Assembly: GCA_016792805.1 (NCBI GenBank)
Contig: JAEUHX010000058.1
Span: 76,228-140,227 of the forward strand
Origin: Planctomycetota bacterium
GTDB lineage: Bacteria > Planctomycetota > UBA1135 > JACQFD01
Length of the DNA: 64,000 nucleotides
Direction: 5' to 3'
Part shown: piece after piece, positions 1 to 9,961 of the stretch
How the letters are laid out: every line of letters starts with the position of its first letter
Position numbering within the stretch: position 1 is the stretch's first letter
The notes under the pieces: model-generated
The model's database searches: none
Told to the model about the DNA's origin: nothing
The model's input: only the letters and a program-made list of their open reading frames with translations
Translations under genes and position numbers: made by a program

Positions 1-3000
1 CCGGCGAGGGCCGCAAATAGGACATCGATCGATCCCGAGTTTCCCTTAGGCCCGAGACTCGGCTTCGAGGAGGGCAGTGCCGACTTCGGGAGGATTCGAT
101 CTGTAAGTATCCAGCTGCCGCCGCTTCCCGCGGGAACCGATGCGCCCTCCACCACGATGCGGTGAATCCCATCCTTCTTGACGAGCAGCGTCCGGACGAT
201 CGGCTTCGGCGGCTTCCCACCGGCCATGGGACTCCTCGTCGCCTTGAGGATCACTTTTCCGCTCGGATCGAGCACGCGCAGCTCGCCGCCGACGGATGGA
301 TCTCCACAGATCCAGCGAATCGGAACGCGCATGCCGGCAATGGCGTCGAATGTCGTCGCATCCGAGGCGTCGCCCACGGGCAAGGAGACGGCGACGGCGT
401 CGCCTGCCCTCGCCTCCGGCATCCCCACGGTGACCACGATTGGCACATCGCGCGCATCCCTGGGGTCCACCGAATTTTGAACTCGAATTGTGGCCGAGTG
501 TGTCCCTTCCGGGGCACCGGCGACGCTCCACTGGATTGCGGTCTCTTGCCCCGGAGCCACCACACCGGCCGTCGGCGAGATCTGTAGCCACGCGGGCGCG
601 GGCGCGACCACGCTCGCGCTCCACGGAAGGCTCGTTCCCGCGGCGCCGCCATTCCTGAAACGAATCTGTCCTCCTCCAGCCGAGACCTCGGAAAGCCACA
701 GTTTCGGCGGCTCGCGATCCGTGAGCTCGATCGCAGCTCCCTCCGCGAGGCACAGCTCCACGGGAATCTCCACAATGTCATTCTGTGCGCCAACGCGCGT
801 GACGCGAACGGCGGCGTGAAACCTCCCCACGGCATCCGGAGCAGCGCCCGCCGCAACGGTGACCGCCAGCTCCTGCCCGCGGATCGACGCATTGAGCGGA
901 CCCGCTCCCGGCGAGGCGCTGAGCCAGGCCGCCGAAGGAACAACTTCAGCCGAGAATTGTGAAACCTCACCTGCCGGTCCGCGATCCAGCAGCGACACAA
1001 CAGCGGTCCTGATCTCGGCGCTTCCCGCCGGGAGCACGACCACGATGGGAGCAGCCGAGCTAAGCGCCAGGCGCTGCGCCGCCTGCGGAGCTGCGAGGAT
1101 CAGCACAGAACCTCCGAGCATCGCGTTGTTCTCGAGGACCAGCTCGCCCGGCACAGGCTCCACCCTGAGTCCCCAATAATACACTCCCGGCTTTGCGTCG
1201 GCGGGAACCGCGAAAGCCGACGTCTTAACGCCGAATGTCTTGAGTCCGCTCAGCATCACAGTTCGATCGTCGGCATCACCCAGAATCGGATTCTGGCTGA
1301 GCCGCAGGCTGATCGCGTAGGGCCCGGTGAATGGAATCCCGACGGTGGCAGCGTGATGAGTGATGGTCACCAAAGATCCCGCCACCGCCTCCGGCGGCCC
1401 CGAGACGCCGACGGCCATCAGGTCGACGGAGGGCGGCGCAGGGCGCACCAAGACCGAGAGGCCGGGGGCCGAGACGGGAGCATCCGACAGAAGCACGAGC
1501 GCATAGATGCCCGGCTGAAAATAGTGAGTCTCTGAGAAGGACGGCGCCCCATGGCCAGCAAGCGACGGCTGCTCGGGCGCCCAGCCGGCGGCGGCGGGCG
1601 TCTTGAGCCATCGCCATCGCAGCCCCGCGGAGCCGGGAATTTGTAGTTCATAAAAACCGGCTGAAGGGATCGAGACTTCGAGCGCTCTCGAAATGGTCTC
1701 CGGGCTCCAATTGATGGGGGCTGCCGCACCCATCGATATCGCTGCAGCCGTCACAAATTCGACATCCACGCTCCCGCCGACGGAAGGGTGCAGAGTCCCT
1801 GTGCTTGCCGCCTCTCCCGGTGATCCGAACGCCACCATCGCTGAGGCGAGCCCCGCTGCGATAGGCAACACTGCTCCTCCCATCTCCAGAGTCCATGGGG
1901 CCGAGGCACGCGCGGCCAGCACCCTCCAGCCCGACGCCGAAGGAATTGTGAACGGAGTCGGCGTCGAAGCACACTCGACGTGTGCGGGCGCCGCGGCCGC
2001 CAATGGAAGCAGCCCGCACGGTGCCACATAAGGCTGGATCGCAACCGTGAGGACCGACGCGGGCCCCATCCCGCCGTCACGCGCGAGAACGACGGCGTGC
2101 CGCCCTGCCGGGAGTTGCACTCCGACCGCCGTCGTTCCATCACAAAGCCCAGAATGATCCGCGTTGGCCCTCGAGCGCCATACCACAGTTCCATCCGGCT
2201 CGAACCAGCTCCAATGAATCGCCGCAGCTCCGCTCCATGTGAGATCATACTGACCCGTCTGCGGAAGAGTAATTTCCAAGAGGATAGCCACTTCCTCTGG
2301 CGCCCAGTTCACCACACGCGTGCCTGGAGCTGTGAGCTCGAGACGAGCTGCGTGCTCCACGGTGGCGCCGCCTGAGCTGAGCGGAACCGCCAAAAAAGCG
2401 CTCGCGTCCAGAGCCCCGGCCCCCCCGTCGGCAACCAGGATCTCGGCCGCGACGCCAGGCAGCGCCGACGCCACAGATCCAGGACCTGACAGATCCCAAG
2501 AGGAGAGCGAAGTGAGCACGACGCCGTTCCACCTCGCCGCTTCGGGCGCAATACCAAGCGGCGTCTCAGTCGCCGTGCATGCCAGCATCTGCGGCACGCC
2601 CTGTACGAGCGCCACGGGATCGCATGGCGGCACATAGGTTCGGAGCGAGATCGACACCGGCCCAGGCTGTGCCGGGACTCCCTCGCGGAACAGGACGACC
2701 ACATGGCTTCCGGCGCCGAGCGGTATTTGTGAAACAGCAGACCCGCCGGCCACTCCCGACTGGAGCGCCTGGCCGCGCGTCCTCCAGCTGCCGGGAGCAG
2801 GGTCGAAAAGTGCCCATTTCAGCCCTGGGGGCCCGAGCACCTCGAGGTCGAAGAGCCCTGCGGCTCCCACGGGAATGGCCCACGCGCGGGCCACCTCCCC
2901 GGCGTCCCAGGCAAAAGTGGAGGTGCCTCCCAAGGAGCCGACTCCAACGGGCGCGTGGAAAACGGTGGCCGGCGCCGTGGCTCCCTGAGGAGTCACAATT

Positions 3001-4550
3001 CCGAGGTCGCCTCCGTTTGCCGCGGAAGCACCGTCGAATACCACAAAATTGGTCGCGCCGGCCGGCAGTGCCGACGTCGCGCCGCCTGCAGAGACGGACC
3101 ACGCCTCTTGTGAGGTCACGCCAATGACGTTCCAGCTCCCGGCGAAGGGCGGAAACTTGAGGGTCGACGGCACGCTCGTGCAGACCGCCGTCGCCGTGCC
3201 GCCTTGGGGGACCGGCAGGTTGAGCGGCGCACACCCGGGGGTGTTTGGCGCGACGCCAATCTCGATTTGTTGGTTCTGACCGAGCACGCCGCCGTCGGAA
3301 AGGACGGCGACGGCGTGCGTCCCTGCAGGCAAGGCAACTCCCGAGTGAACTGCCGGCGAGAGGATGCCCTGGAAGTTCGCCTGCGCGCGCGAGCGCCAGC
3401 CCGCGTTGGGCGCAGGGAAATACCACGCATAGGAGAATCCGGAGGGGCCATCGATCTTGAGGTCGTAGAGCCCTGCGGCTGGAATTGTGACTTCATACAG
3501 CCGAACCGCATCGCTCGCACCGAACGGATGGGCCGACAGCACGCCGTAGGGCAGCGCGGTGCGCGCCGCGTGCTGCAGGATCGCCGGAAGCGCGTTCGAA
3601 GCCACCGCGTACGCGAGACAGGGGACGGGAGGAATGCCGCCCGCATGGCCGTCGGCTACGACGAGATCTGCTCGCCCGATCGGCTCCGCAGAGGTCACGG
3701 ATCCAAAATGAAGATCCCAATTCGATGCCGATGTCAGCGAGATCGCGTTCCACCGGCCGCTCTCCGGCGTGTAGAGCGCATCGACAGGTGCCGCCGTGCA
3801 GACGAGGCCCACGGGGATCCCCTGGGTGAGCGTTTCGGACGGACATGTGGGCACAAATGGCTTCACCGAGACCACTACATTTCCGGCGACCCCCGGCCCG
3901 CCGTCGCGATAGACCACGAGTGCGTGATAGGTGCCTCCCGCGGGGATCGTCTGATTCTGAAGAACAGGATCATTGACATCTCCGCCGAATGCCGCGGAAG
4001 CGCGGCTCAGCCAACCGAGCCCGACCGAAGAGTGAAACCACGCCCACTTGAGCCCGGGCGGCCCGGTCACTTGGACGTCGAACTGCCCTGGAATGTTGAT
4101 TTGCACCTCGAAGAGCCGCGCGACATCCGTTGCCTTCCAAGCGTAGAGGACGGGGGTCGGCACTTGGTACACGGGAGTCAGTCCCGCGTGAACGACCGTG
4201 GACTGGCCGGAGCCGCTCGTGCTCGAAAGAACTCCACTGTTCGAGATGGCCGACTGGGCGTTGCCGTCCGCGACGAGTACCTCGGCTTGACTTCCAACGA
4301 AGGTCGAGCTCGTGCTTCCGAATTGAAGATCCCAATTCTGAGCAGAAGACGAGACCACACAATTCCAAAAGTTGATCTGTGGCTGGATCGTGAGCGGCGT
4401 TCCCGATGACGTGCACTGCACGGTGACGGGCGTCGACTGCGTGAGCTGCACGCCGGGGCACTGGGCGCTGGCCGTCGCGCCGAGAAAGGCTGCCGCCGCC
4501 AGCGCTTGCGCTGCGGCATTCACCCATCGAGTTCGAAGCCTGCCGTTCAT
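1..4550 (-). CDS. Giant secreted/cell-surface repeat protein. The N-terminus is in the window and the C-terminus lies beyond the left edge (at least 1516 aa visible).
   Basis: The minus-strand frame is open from the ATG at 4548-4550 to position 1. No listed minus ORF between 1 and 4550 uses this frame, and it is absent from the track because no stop codon falls inside the window. My translation starts MNGRLRTRWVNAAAQALAAAAFLGATASAQC (signal peptide). It continues with five tandem repeats of about 203 aa, then a CARDB-like segment (GSLVTITHHAATVG...PGVYYWGLRVEPVPGELVLENN) and further Ig-like segments. Confidence 0.8.
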   Translation of the reverse strand, partial: MNGRLRTRWVNAAAQALAAAAFLGATASAQCPGVQLTQSTPVTVQCTSSGTPLTIQPQINFWNCVVSSSAQNWDLQFGSTSSTFVGSQAEVLVADGNAQSAISNSGVLSSTSGSGQSTVVHAGLTPVYQVPTPVLYAWKATDVARLFEVQINIPGQFDVQVTGPPGLKWAWFHSSVGLGWLSRASAAFGGDVNDPVLQNQTIPAGGTYHALVVYRDGGPGVAGNVVVSVKPFVPTCPSETLTQGIPVGLVCTAAPVDALYTPESGRWNAISLTSASNWDLHFGSVTSAEPIGRADLVVADGHAGGIPPVPCLAYAVASNALPAILQHAARTALPYGVLSAHPFGASDAVRLYEVTIPAAGLYDLKIDGPSGFSYAWYFPAPNAGWRSRAQANFQGILSPAVHSGVALPAGTHAVAVLSDGGVLGQNQQIEIGVAPNTPGCAPLNLPVPQGGTATAVCTSVPSTLKFPPFAGSWNVIGVTSQEAWSVSAGGATSALPAGATNFVVFDGASAANGGDLGIVTPQGATAPATVFHAPVGVGSLGGTSTFAWDAGEVARAWAIPVGAAGLFDLEVLGPPGLKWALFDPAPGSWRTRGQALQSGVAGGSAVSQIPLGAGSHVVVLFREGVPAQPGPVSISLRTYVPPCDPVALVQGVPQMLACTATETPLGIAPEAARWNGVVLTSLSSWDLSGPGSVASALPGVAAEILVADGGAGALDASAFLAVPLSSGGATVEHAARLELTAPGTRVVNWAPEEVAILLEITLPQTGQYDLTWSGAAAIHWSWFEPDGTVVWRSRANADHSGLCDGTTAVGVQLPAGRHAVVLARDGGMGPASVLTVAIQPYVAPCGLLPLAAAAPAHVECASTPTPFTIPSASGWRVLAARASAPWTLEMGGAVLPIAAGLASAMVAFGSPGEAASTGTLHPSVGGSVDVEFVTAAAISMGAAAPINWSPETISRALEVSIPSAGFYELQIPGSAGLRWRWLKTPAAAGWAPEQPSLAGHGAPSFSETHYFQPGIYALVLLSDAPVSAPGLSVLVRPAPPSVDLMAVGVSGPPEAVAGSLVTITHHAATVGIPFTGPYAISLRLSQNPILGDADDRTVMLSGLKTFGVKTSAFAVPADAKPGVYYWGLRVEPVPGELVLENNAMLGGSVLILAAPQAAQRLALSSAAPIVVVLPAGSAEIRTAVVSLLDRGPAGEVSQFSAEVVPSAAWLSASPGAGPLNASIRGQELAVTVAAGAAPDAVGRFHAAVRVTRVGAQNDIVEIPVELCLAEGAAIELTDREPPKLWLSEVSAGGGQIRFRNGGAAGTSLPWSASVVAPAPAWLQISPTAGVVAPGQETAIQWSVAGAPEGTHSATIRVQNSVDPRDARDVPIVVTVGMPEARAGDAVAVSLPVGDASDATTFDAIAGMRVPIRWICGDPSVGGELRVLDPSGKVILKATRSPMAGGKPPKPIVRTLLVKKDGIHRIVVEGASVPAGSGGSWILTDRILPKSALPSSKPSLGPKGNSGSIDVLFAALA
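1431..4460 (-). repeat. Five tandem intragenic repeats of about 203 aa (about 610 nt) in the giant protein
   Basis: Repeat units start at Cys31, 236, 440, 643 and 845. Each unit has C-x14-16-C, then W(N/D)L..(F)G, (L/V)V(A/F)DG, (Y/F)(D/E)L.(I/V)..G(P/S).G(L/F).(W/Y)(A/R)(W/L)(F/Y/L), and a G.H(A/V)(L/V)(V/A)V motif. The period was read directly from my translation. Confidence 0.7.
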
Positions 4551-4608
4551 CGCCGGAATTCGCCCGTGCGCGCGGCCCGCGCGCCGTTCAGCCGGAGTGC
4601 CCATGAGG

Positions 4609-5781
4609 CTACCTCTGCGCGCTCTCGCCCTCCAACAAGCCAACCCGCGGGTCGGCGCGCAGGCTCGAGCGCCCAAAGGCCTGGGCGATTCGCTCGGCGG
4701 CGCGATGCCAGCCAAAGTGCTGCAGAACCCAGCGTTGCGCCGCGAGCCCAGCCCGATCGAGCCGATCGCGATCGGAGAGCCAATCGACGATCGCCTTTGC
4801 CAGAATCCGCGGCTCGGGCTCGGCGATCCGCTCGCCATGTTCCCCCGAGACGAAGATTTCGCGGGCCGCGCCGCGATCGAGCGAGATCACGGGGCATCCG
4901 GCCTGCATCGCCTCGAGGAGCGCGATTCCAAAGGGCTCGAACCGCGAAGGCGCCACGAGCAGCGACGCCGTCGAGAAGAGCTCGGCAAGCTTGCTCTGCT
5001 CGGGGCCGTCGAGCGGGCCGAGCCACTCGACCCCGTCGGCGCGGGAGCCGCGCATGGGCGGACCGACGACGATGAGCCGAAGCGAGGGAATCGAGCGCTT
5101 CGCCAGATGGAACGCATCGACGACGAGTGGCCCACTTTTACGCGCCCAATCGCGTCCGACGAAAAGTAACGTCGCACCGTCATGATGGCGGCGCAGGCCG
5201 GGACTGATGTCGAGATTCGGCCCCGCACCGGTCACCACAATTCTCCGCCGCGGAATGCCGTAGTCATCTTCGAGAGACTGCGCGCACCACTCAGTGCGAG
5301 GAAACAGCCAATCGCAGCGCTCGAAGACGCGCCGCTGACTCTCGATGCAGGTCTCGACCTCGAGCGGCGTCAAATCGTCGAAATGCCACTCGGAGGATCG
5401 CGCGAGCTGCGCAAAAGTGCAATCGAGCCCGGCTCCGACCGGGACGCCCGGCGACTCTCCCGGCCGCGCCGGGAAGAAATCCGTTCCGTACAAAAGCACG
5501 GCCTGCGCCGTCGGCACTTTGCGAAGCAGATGGCGCGCCCTCTCCGACCGGCGCTCGATCTCGAAGGCGGTCCATCGCGAAAGCAGACGCGCCGCGCGCG
5601 TTCGCCGACGAAGTCGAATCTGCCCAAGGACGGAGCGCCAACGCCAGGGCCGTCCGCGGTCGACGTCCATCGCAGTCAACAGATCTCCGCGCGCGTCGAG
5701 CGCGGAAAGGAGCCGCCGCAGCGATCCGGAGTAGGACCGCGGGCTTTGCGGGTCTCCGGCGCAGAGACCGAGGATCTTCAT
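4609..5781 (-). CDS. Glycosyltransferase family 4 (GT-B fold)
   Basis: 390-aa ORF. The C-terminal region has the typical GT4 pattern: LLFVGRDWARKSG...ASLLVAPSRFEPFGIALLEAMQAGCPVIS...GEHG. Confidence 0.85.
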   Translation of the reverse strand: MKILGLCAGDPQSPRSYSGSLRRLLSALDARGDLLTAMDVDRGRPWRWRSVLGQIRLRRRTRAARLLSRWTAFEIERRSERARHLLRKVPTAQAVLLYGTDFFPARPGESPGVPVGAGLDCTFAQLARSSEWHFDDLTPLEVETCIESQRRVFERCDWLFPRTEWCAQSLEDDYGIPRRRIVVTGAGPNLDISPGLRRHHDGATLLFVGRDWARKSGPLVVDAFHLAKRSIPSLRLIVVGPPMRGSRADGVEWLGPLDGPEQSKLAELFSTASLLVAPSRFEPFGIALLEAMQAGCPVISLDRGAAREIFVSGEHGERIAEPEPRILAKAIVDWLSDRDRLDRAGLAAQRWVLQHFGWHRAAERIAQAFGRSSLRADPRVGLLEGESAQR

Positions 5782-5805
5782 GCGCGGGGTGAGCGAGTTC
5801 GGCTG

Positions 5806-7770
5806 CTAAGACGCGCTCTCCCCTGCGCGTTGTGCCACCGCATTTGCACCGAACTGCATGTCGTGGAGCCGTCGGTAGACGCCCCCCGTCGCAAGAAGCT
5901 GGTCGTGCGTCCCCATCTCGACGATGCGCCCTCGGTCGACGACCAGCAGCCGGCTTGCGTTGCGCACCGTGGAGAGGCGATGAGCGACGACGAGCGACGT
6001 GCGCCCCACCATGAGCTTCTCCAACGCGTCGCGCACCGCGGCCTCGCTCTCGCTGTCGAGGGAACTCGTCGCTTCGTCGAGGAGGAGGATCGGCGGATTC
6101 TTGAGCAGCGCGCGAGCGATCGTCAGCCGCTGGCGCTGGCCGCCCGAGAGGCGCGCACCGCGGTCGCCCACCTCCGTGTGGATTCCCGCCGGGAGCGACT
6201 CGACAAATTCCAACAAATTCGCCGCGCCGAGAGCAGCCCGAACCTCCGCGTCCGTAGCATTCGGTTTCCCGTACGCGACGTTCTCACGTATGGACGCATG
6301 GAACAAAAAGGGCTGCTGATCGACGAGCGCCCACGCGGCGAACCACGCGTCGGGGGCGAGTTCGCGCACGTCGATTCCGTTCACAAGAATTGCGCCCGAC
6401 TGCGGGTCGTAGAAGCGCGCGACGAGATCGAGAAGTGTAGATTTTCCGGCGCCCGACGGCCCAACGACGGCGATCGTCTCCCCCGCTTCAATGCGGAACG
6501 AAACGTGGTCAAGTACCGGCTCCTGGTCGTAGGCGAAACTCACATCGCGCAGCTCGACCTCGCGGATCGGTCCATCGAGGCGGCGCCGCCCGGAAGGCTG
6601 CGTCGCCGCAGCCGGACGAATATCAAAAATCTCAAAGAGACGCTCGGCGGCGCCAAGCGATTCTTGAACGGTTTGGTAGCCTTTCGAAATGCGCCGGATG
6701 TGCTGATACATCGTGGCGAATCCGACGAACCAGACGCTCATGCTGCCGATGCCGGCGAGCACGCCCCACTGCAGGTGCGCCAGGCCAATTCCGCAGATGA
6801 GGAGCGCAAATCCTGCATTCGTAAGAAGGTGCGTGGAGCTCTCCGTGAGGGCCTTGGCGCGGACGACCGTCATCGACCTGTCGATCCACCGCTCATTGGT
6901 CTCGCGGAACTCTTGCAACTCCCGCTCTTCCATGCGGAAGGCCTTCACCACGCGAATTCCGGCGAACATCTGGGACATCGCTTCGGTCGACTCACCGAGG
7001 GCAGCGAGCGACTTGCGGGCGCCCTTTCGCACGCGCCGCCCGAAGATGGCGAGCGGAATCCCAACGATCGGCACAAGCACCAGGACGAGAATCGTAAGCT
7101 TCGCGTCGCCCACCAGCGCGAGGACGACGTTCCCGAGAAGCTGGGCCGGCTCGAGAATGAGATCGTCGAAGAAGAGTGCCAGCGCCGTCAGCACAATGCC
7201 GACATCGGTCGTGGCGCGAGATAACAGATCGCCTTTTCGCGCCGATGTGTGGTATTGCATTCCGAGGCGCAGGATGTGGGATGCCAGATCCTGGCGCAGG
7301 TCGGCGAGGATCCGCAGCGACAAGCTTCGCGACGCCGCCTGGAATGCATACTGGCAGAGCGCGCCGAGAAGCGTGAAGACGACGACGCCGCCTGCGATCG
7401 CCACGAGCAGCGCTGTCTTCTCCCCTTTCTCCATGTCCGTGGGCGCCGCGCTGACACTTCGCAACAAATCGGCGATGGCCGGCAGCCACGCGCGCAGCGC
7501 CTCGTCGAGGCGGGCCAGCACGGCGGATTTCGCAGTCTCGGCTCCGGCTCCTCCGGCTTTCAGCTCGAGGATGGAGTCAATAAAGGGCGCCAGAAAGAAA
7601 AAGGGCGCCTTCACCAGGACTCCCGTGAGGAGTCCCAAGAAAAGCACGAGGGTGGCGCGCGCCCGGTAGCGCCAGACGTAAGGTCCGAAGCGCTGGAGCG
7701 CGCGCCCGAGAGAAACTTTCGGAGGAGAGCGACGCTCTGCGTGTCCGGTCTGGCCGGGCACGGCCTCCAA
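5806..7770 (-). CDS. ABC transporter, fused permease/ATPase (MsbA/lipid exporter-like)
   Basis: 654 aa. N-terminal six-TM-type domain. Walker A GPSGAGKSTL, signature LSGGQRQRLTIARALL, Walker B ILLLDEATSSLD. Confidence 0.9.
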   Translation of the reverse strand: MEAVPGQTGHAERRSPPKVSLGRALQRFGPYVWRYRARATLVLFLGLLTGVLVKAPFFFLAPFIDSILELKAGGAGAETAKSAVLARLDEALRAWLPAIADLLRSVSAAPTDMEKGEKTALLVAIAGGVVVFTLLGALCQYAFQAASRSLSLRILADLRQDLASHILRLGMQYHTSARKGDLLSRATTDVGIVLTALALFFDDLILEPAQLLGNVVLALVGDAKLTILVLVLVPIVGIPLAIFGRRVRKGARKSLAALGESTEAMSQMFAGIRVVKAFRMEERELQEFRETNERWIDRSMTVVRAKALTESSTHLLTNAGFALLICGIGLAHLQWGVLAGIGSMSVWFVGFATMYQHIRRISKGYQTVQESLGAAERLFEIFDIRPAAATQPSGRRRLDGPIREVELRDVSFAYDQEPVLDHVSFRIEAGETIAVVGPSGAGKSTLLDLVARFYDPQSGAILVNGIDVRELAPDAWFAAWALVDQQPFLFHASIRENVAYGKPNATDAEVRAALGAANLLEFVESLPAGIHTEVGDRGARLSGGQRQRLTIARALLKNPPILLLDEATSSLDSESEAAVRDALEKLMVGRTSLVVAHRLSTVRNASRLLVVDRGRIVEMGTHDQLLATGGVYRRLHDMQFGANAVAQRAGESAS

Positions 7771-7771
7771 G

Positions 7772-9703
7772 CTAATTCACCACCTCGATCTTGGCCTTCG
7801 CGATCGCGTCGTTCACGAATGCGATGAACTGATGATTGATCATGTCGTCGACAGCAAGTTCGCGCGAGGCGGTTTCCTTCAGCTCGAAGACCTTGCCGCC
7901 CGGAGTGCGATTCTGCACTCGTGCAATGTAATATCCTTCGGCGCCACGGAACGGACCGACGACCTCACCAATCGGGGCGCGGAAGAAAAGCTCCTCGCCG
8001 ATCGAGTAGCCCTGGAGCAGCGTCACGAGCTCGCTCTCGTGGAGCTTCTCAACCATCGGATTGCGCTGCTGCGGGCCGAATCGGCCGCGATTCACTTTCG
8101 CCATCGTGCCCGGCTGATTGGGATTCATGCCGTCGCGGTAGTCGGAATCGCGCTCCTGGATCTCCAGGAACGTAAACCCCTTGGCCGCATCGATGGCTGC
8201 CGCCTCGGCCTCTGCGGCCGTCTTGCCTGCGTCGATCGCCGCTTTCTTGGCCTTCTTCGCGAGCTCGGCGCCTTTCTTGAGGTCGGCGATGGCCTGCTCG
8301 GCGCGCTTGCGCGCCGCGTCGAAGCCGTCCTCGTGGGAGCCTTTTGTAGTATCGCTATGATAGGCGTACCAGATCACTTCGGCTTCCGCGGAGCCATTTG
8401 TAAAGAACAGCTTGTTGCGGTCGACGTGGCCCGCGAGCATGTCCTCCGTGCGGTCCTTTGCGGTCGCGCGACGGAACGACTCAATCATCTGGAAATGGAG
8501 CCGGTAGACCTGCATCGAGGGGAACTTGCGGAAATGCACAAGTCCCTTCAGGTCGAACGGCGGCGTCGGATATTTCTTCTTTTCGTTCTCGAACGCCTCT
8601 TTGAAAACGTCGCTTCCGTCGACGAGCCAATACACCGGGCGAGCGGGATCGGGCGCGTCCTCGCCCTTGGCGCGGCGCGCGGCGGCATCAGCTTTCTCGG
8701 CAGCCCAATCGGACTCCTCTTTGGCAATGATCGCCTGGTGCAGCGCCTCGCGAGCCGTCATGAATTCGATGGCCTTGAGCGCTTCCATGTAGCCGCCAAG
8801 TCCCATGCCCTTGTCCTGGAGATCTCGCGACTTGAAGGGCATTTCGCCGACGACGAGCCCCACATCCTTCGGAATGCCGTCGAGCGCGTCCTGCACTGGC
8901 ACCGTCTCAAGGAGTTTTGTGATGAGCTGGCGCTTCACCAGGAACGTCGCGACGCCGACGTTCTGGTCGGTATTATTGGGATCCCGCGACTTCTTGATGG
9001 CTTCCTTGATGCGCGTAATCGTGTCGGCGCGCATCTTGGCGTCGGTTCCCTGGTAGAGGCTCGCAGCAGCTTCCTCGGACTGGGCCGGCCATTCGGTCTC
9101 GTCGGCCGGGAACCAGACCGAATCAAAGACGGCCTGCGATCGGAACGACCAGGCGAAGCTCGCCGGTGTCTGCTTTTGCCCCGAGAGAAACTGCTCCCAG
9201 GTCATGTCCGGTTTCATTTCCTCGACTCTTCGCTGGAGCAGCGAGAACTGCTCCTGGAACTTCGCGTCATCGATCCGGTACTTGGAGACATCCTTCCCGG
9301 CCTTGGCCTGGCGCTCGATCTCGCGCTCCGTGGCGACGTAGAGCCGAAGCCCCTGGATCACCCCCTCACCCGAGAAGTAGAGCGCCGCGCGCAGGAGTGC
9401 ATCGGGCTCGACGGCGACGCCATTCACCTTCATCGTCGGCCAGGCCCCCGCCCGATCGGGAAGGGCGTTGAGCCCCTGGCGAACGCTCGCCGCCTGACGC
9501 GCCAGCTCCGTCAGATCGGGCGCCGGCTTCTCGTCGATCTTCTTCGCGTCGGCCTCGGCGGGGTTGGCCTTCCCGGCCTCGGCAGCGCCTTGGAATGCCG
9601 CTCCATATGCGGAGGGCAGGCGCAGGCTCGTCGGGGCGAGCCCGGCGATCAGGGACGCCAGAGGAATCCAAAGAAGAAGCGTACGGATGCGAGGCATGGT
9701 CAT
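7772..9703 (-). CDS. Secreted SurA/PpiD-like chaperone with a degenerate parvulin-type PPIase C-terminus
   Basis: 643 aa with a signal peptide (MTMPRIRTLLLWIPLASLIAGLAP). The C-terminus, ELFFRAPIGEVVGPFRGAEGYYIARVQNRTP, resembles the end of a parvulin domain. There is a 1-nt gap to the ABC gene downstream. Confidence 0.65.
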   Translation of the reverse strand: MTMPRIRTLLLWIPLASLIAGLAPTSLRLPSAYGAAFQGAAEAGKANPAEADAKKIDEKPAPDLTELARQAASVRQGLNALPDRAGAWPTMKVNGVAVEPDALLRAALYFSGEGVIQGLRLYVATEREIERQAKAGKDVSKYRIDDAKFQEQFSLLQRRVEEMKPDMTWEQFLSGQKQTPASFAWSFRSQAVFDSVWFPADETEWPAQSEEAAASLYQGTDAKMRADTITRIKEAIKKSRDPNNTDQNVGVATFLVKRQLITKLLETVPVQDALDGIPKDVGLVVGEMPFKSRDLQDKGMGLGGYMEALKAIEFMTAREALHQAIIAKEESDWAAEKADAAARRAKGEDAPDPARPVYWLVDGSDVFKEAFENEKKKYPTPPFDLKGLVHFRKFPSMQVYRLHFQMIESFRRATAKDRTEDMLAGHVDRNKLFFTNGSAEAEVIWYAYHSDTTKGSHEDGFDAARKRAEQAIADLKKGAELAKKAKKAAIDAGKTAAEAEAAAIDAAKGFTFLEIQERDSDYRDGMNPNQPGTMAKVNRGRFGPQQRNPMVEKLHESELVTLLQGYSIGEELFFRAPIGEVVGPFRGAEGYYIARVQNRTPGGKVFELKETASRELAVDDMINHQFIAFVNDAIAKAKIEVVN

Positions 9704-9961
9704 GGACGAAGGGGCCGTCTGCGGTTGGAACGAGGCTCTCGAATCGGCCGCGCGAGGTCGCGGGGTCGAGGATCTCTTGCCGTTCCGCAGGAGGGATCGG
9801 CGCGAAGGATGAGTTGGGGGGCAGTCTATCGGGCGCGGATGGGCTCGGAAAACCCTGCGCGCCGGCGACCTACGGACGGCGCACGTCCCCCGTGGGCCTG
9901 GGGCGCTGCGGGCCGGCCCCCCGGTTCCTCCCGCGTGCGTGCGCAGCTACTCTGCTCCCGG

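Noticed and set aside
5182-7224. 680-aa plus-strand ORF. The same applies to similar long ORFs: 7832..9961 (the upstream part of 7832..10669), 11821..14361 (-), 24843..27323 (+), 39982..41289 (+), 52498..53664 (-), 35845..36666 (+) and 18330..19499 (-).
   Set aside because: All are extremely Arg/Pro/His/Leu-rich, have no recognisable motifs, and lie antisense to genes with clear family signatures (ABC transporter, chaperone, DUF1570 paralogs, PFOR, sulfatase-fold enzyme, FG-GAP protein, hydrolase, DUF1365). They are typical open antisense frames of a high-GC genome.
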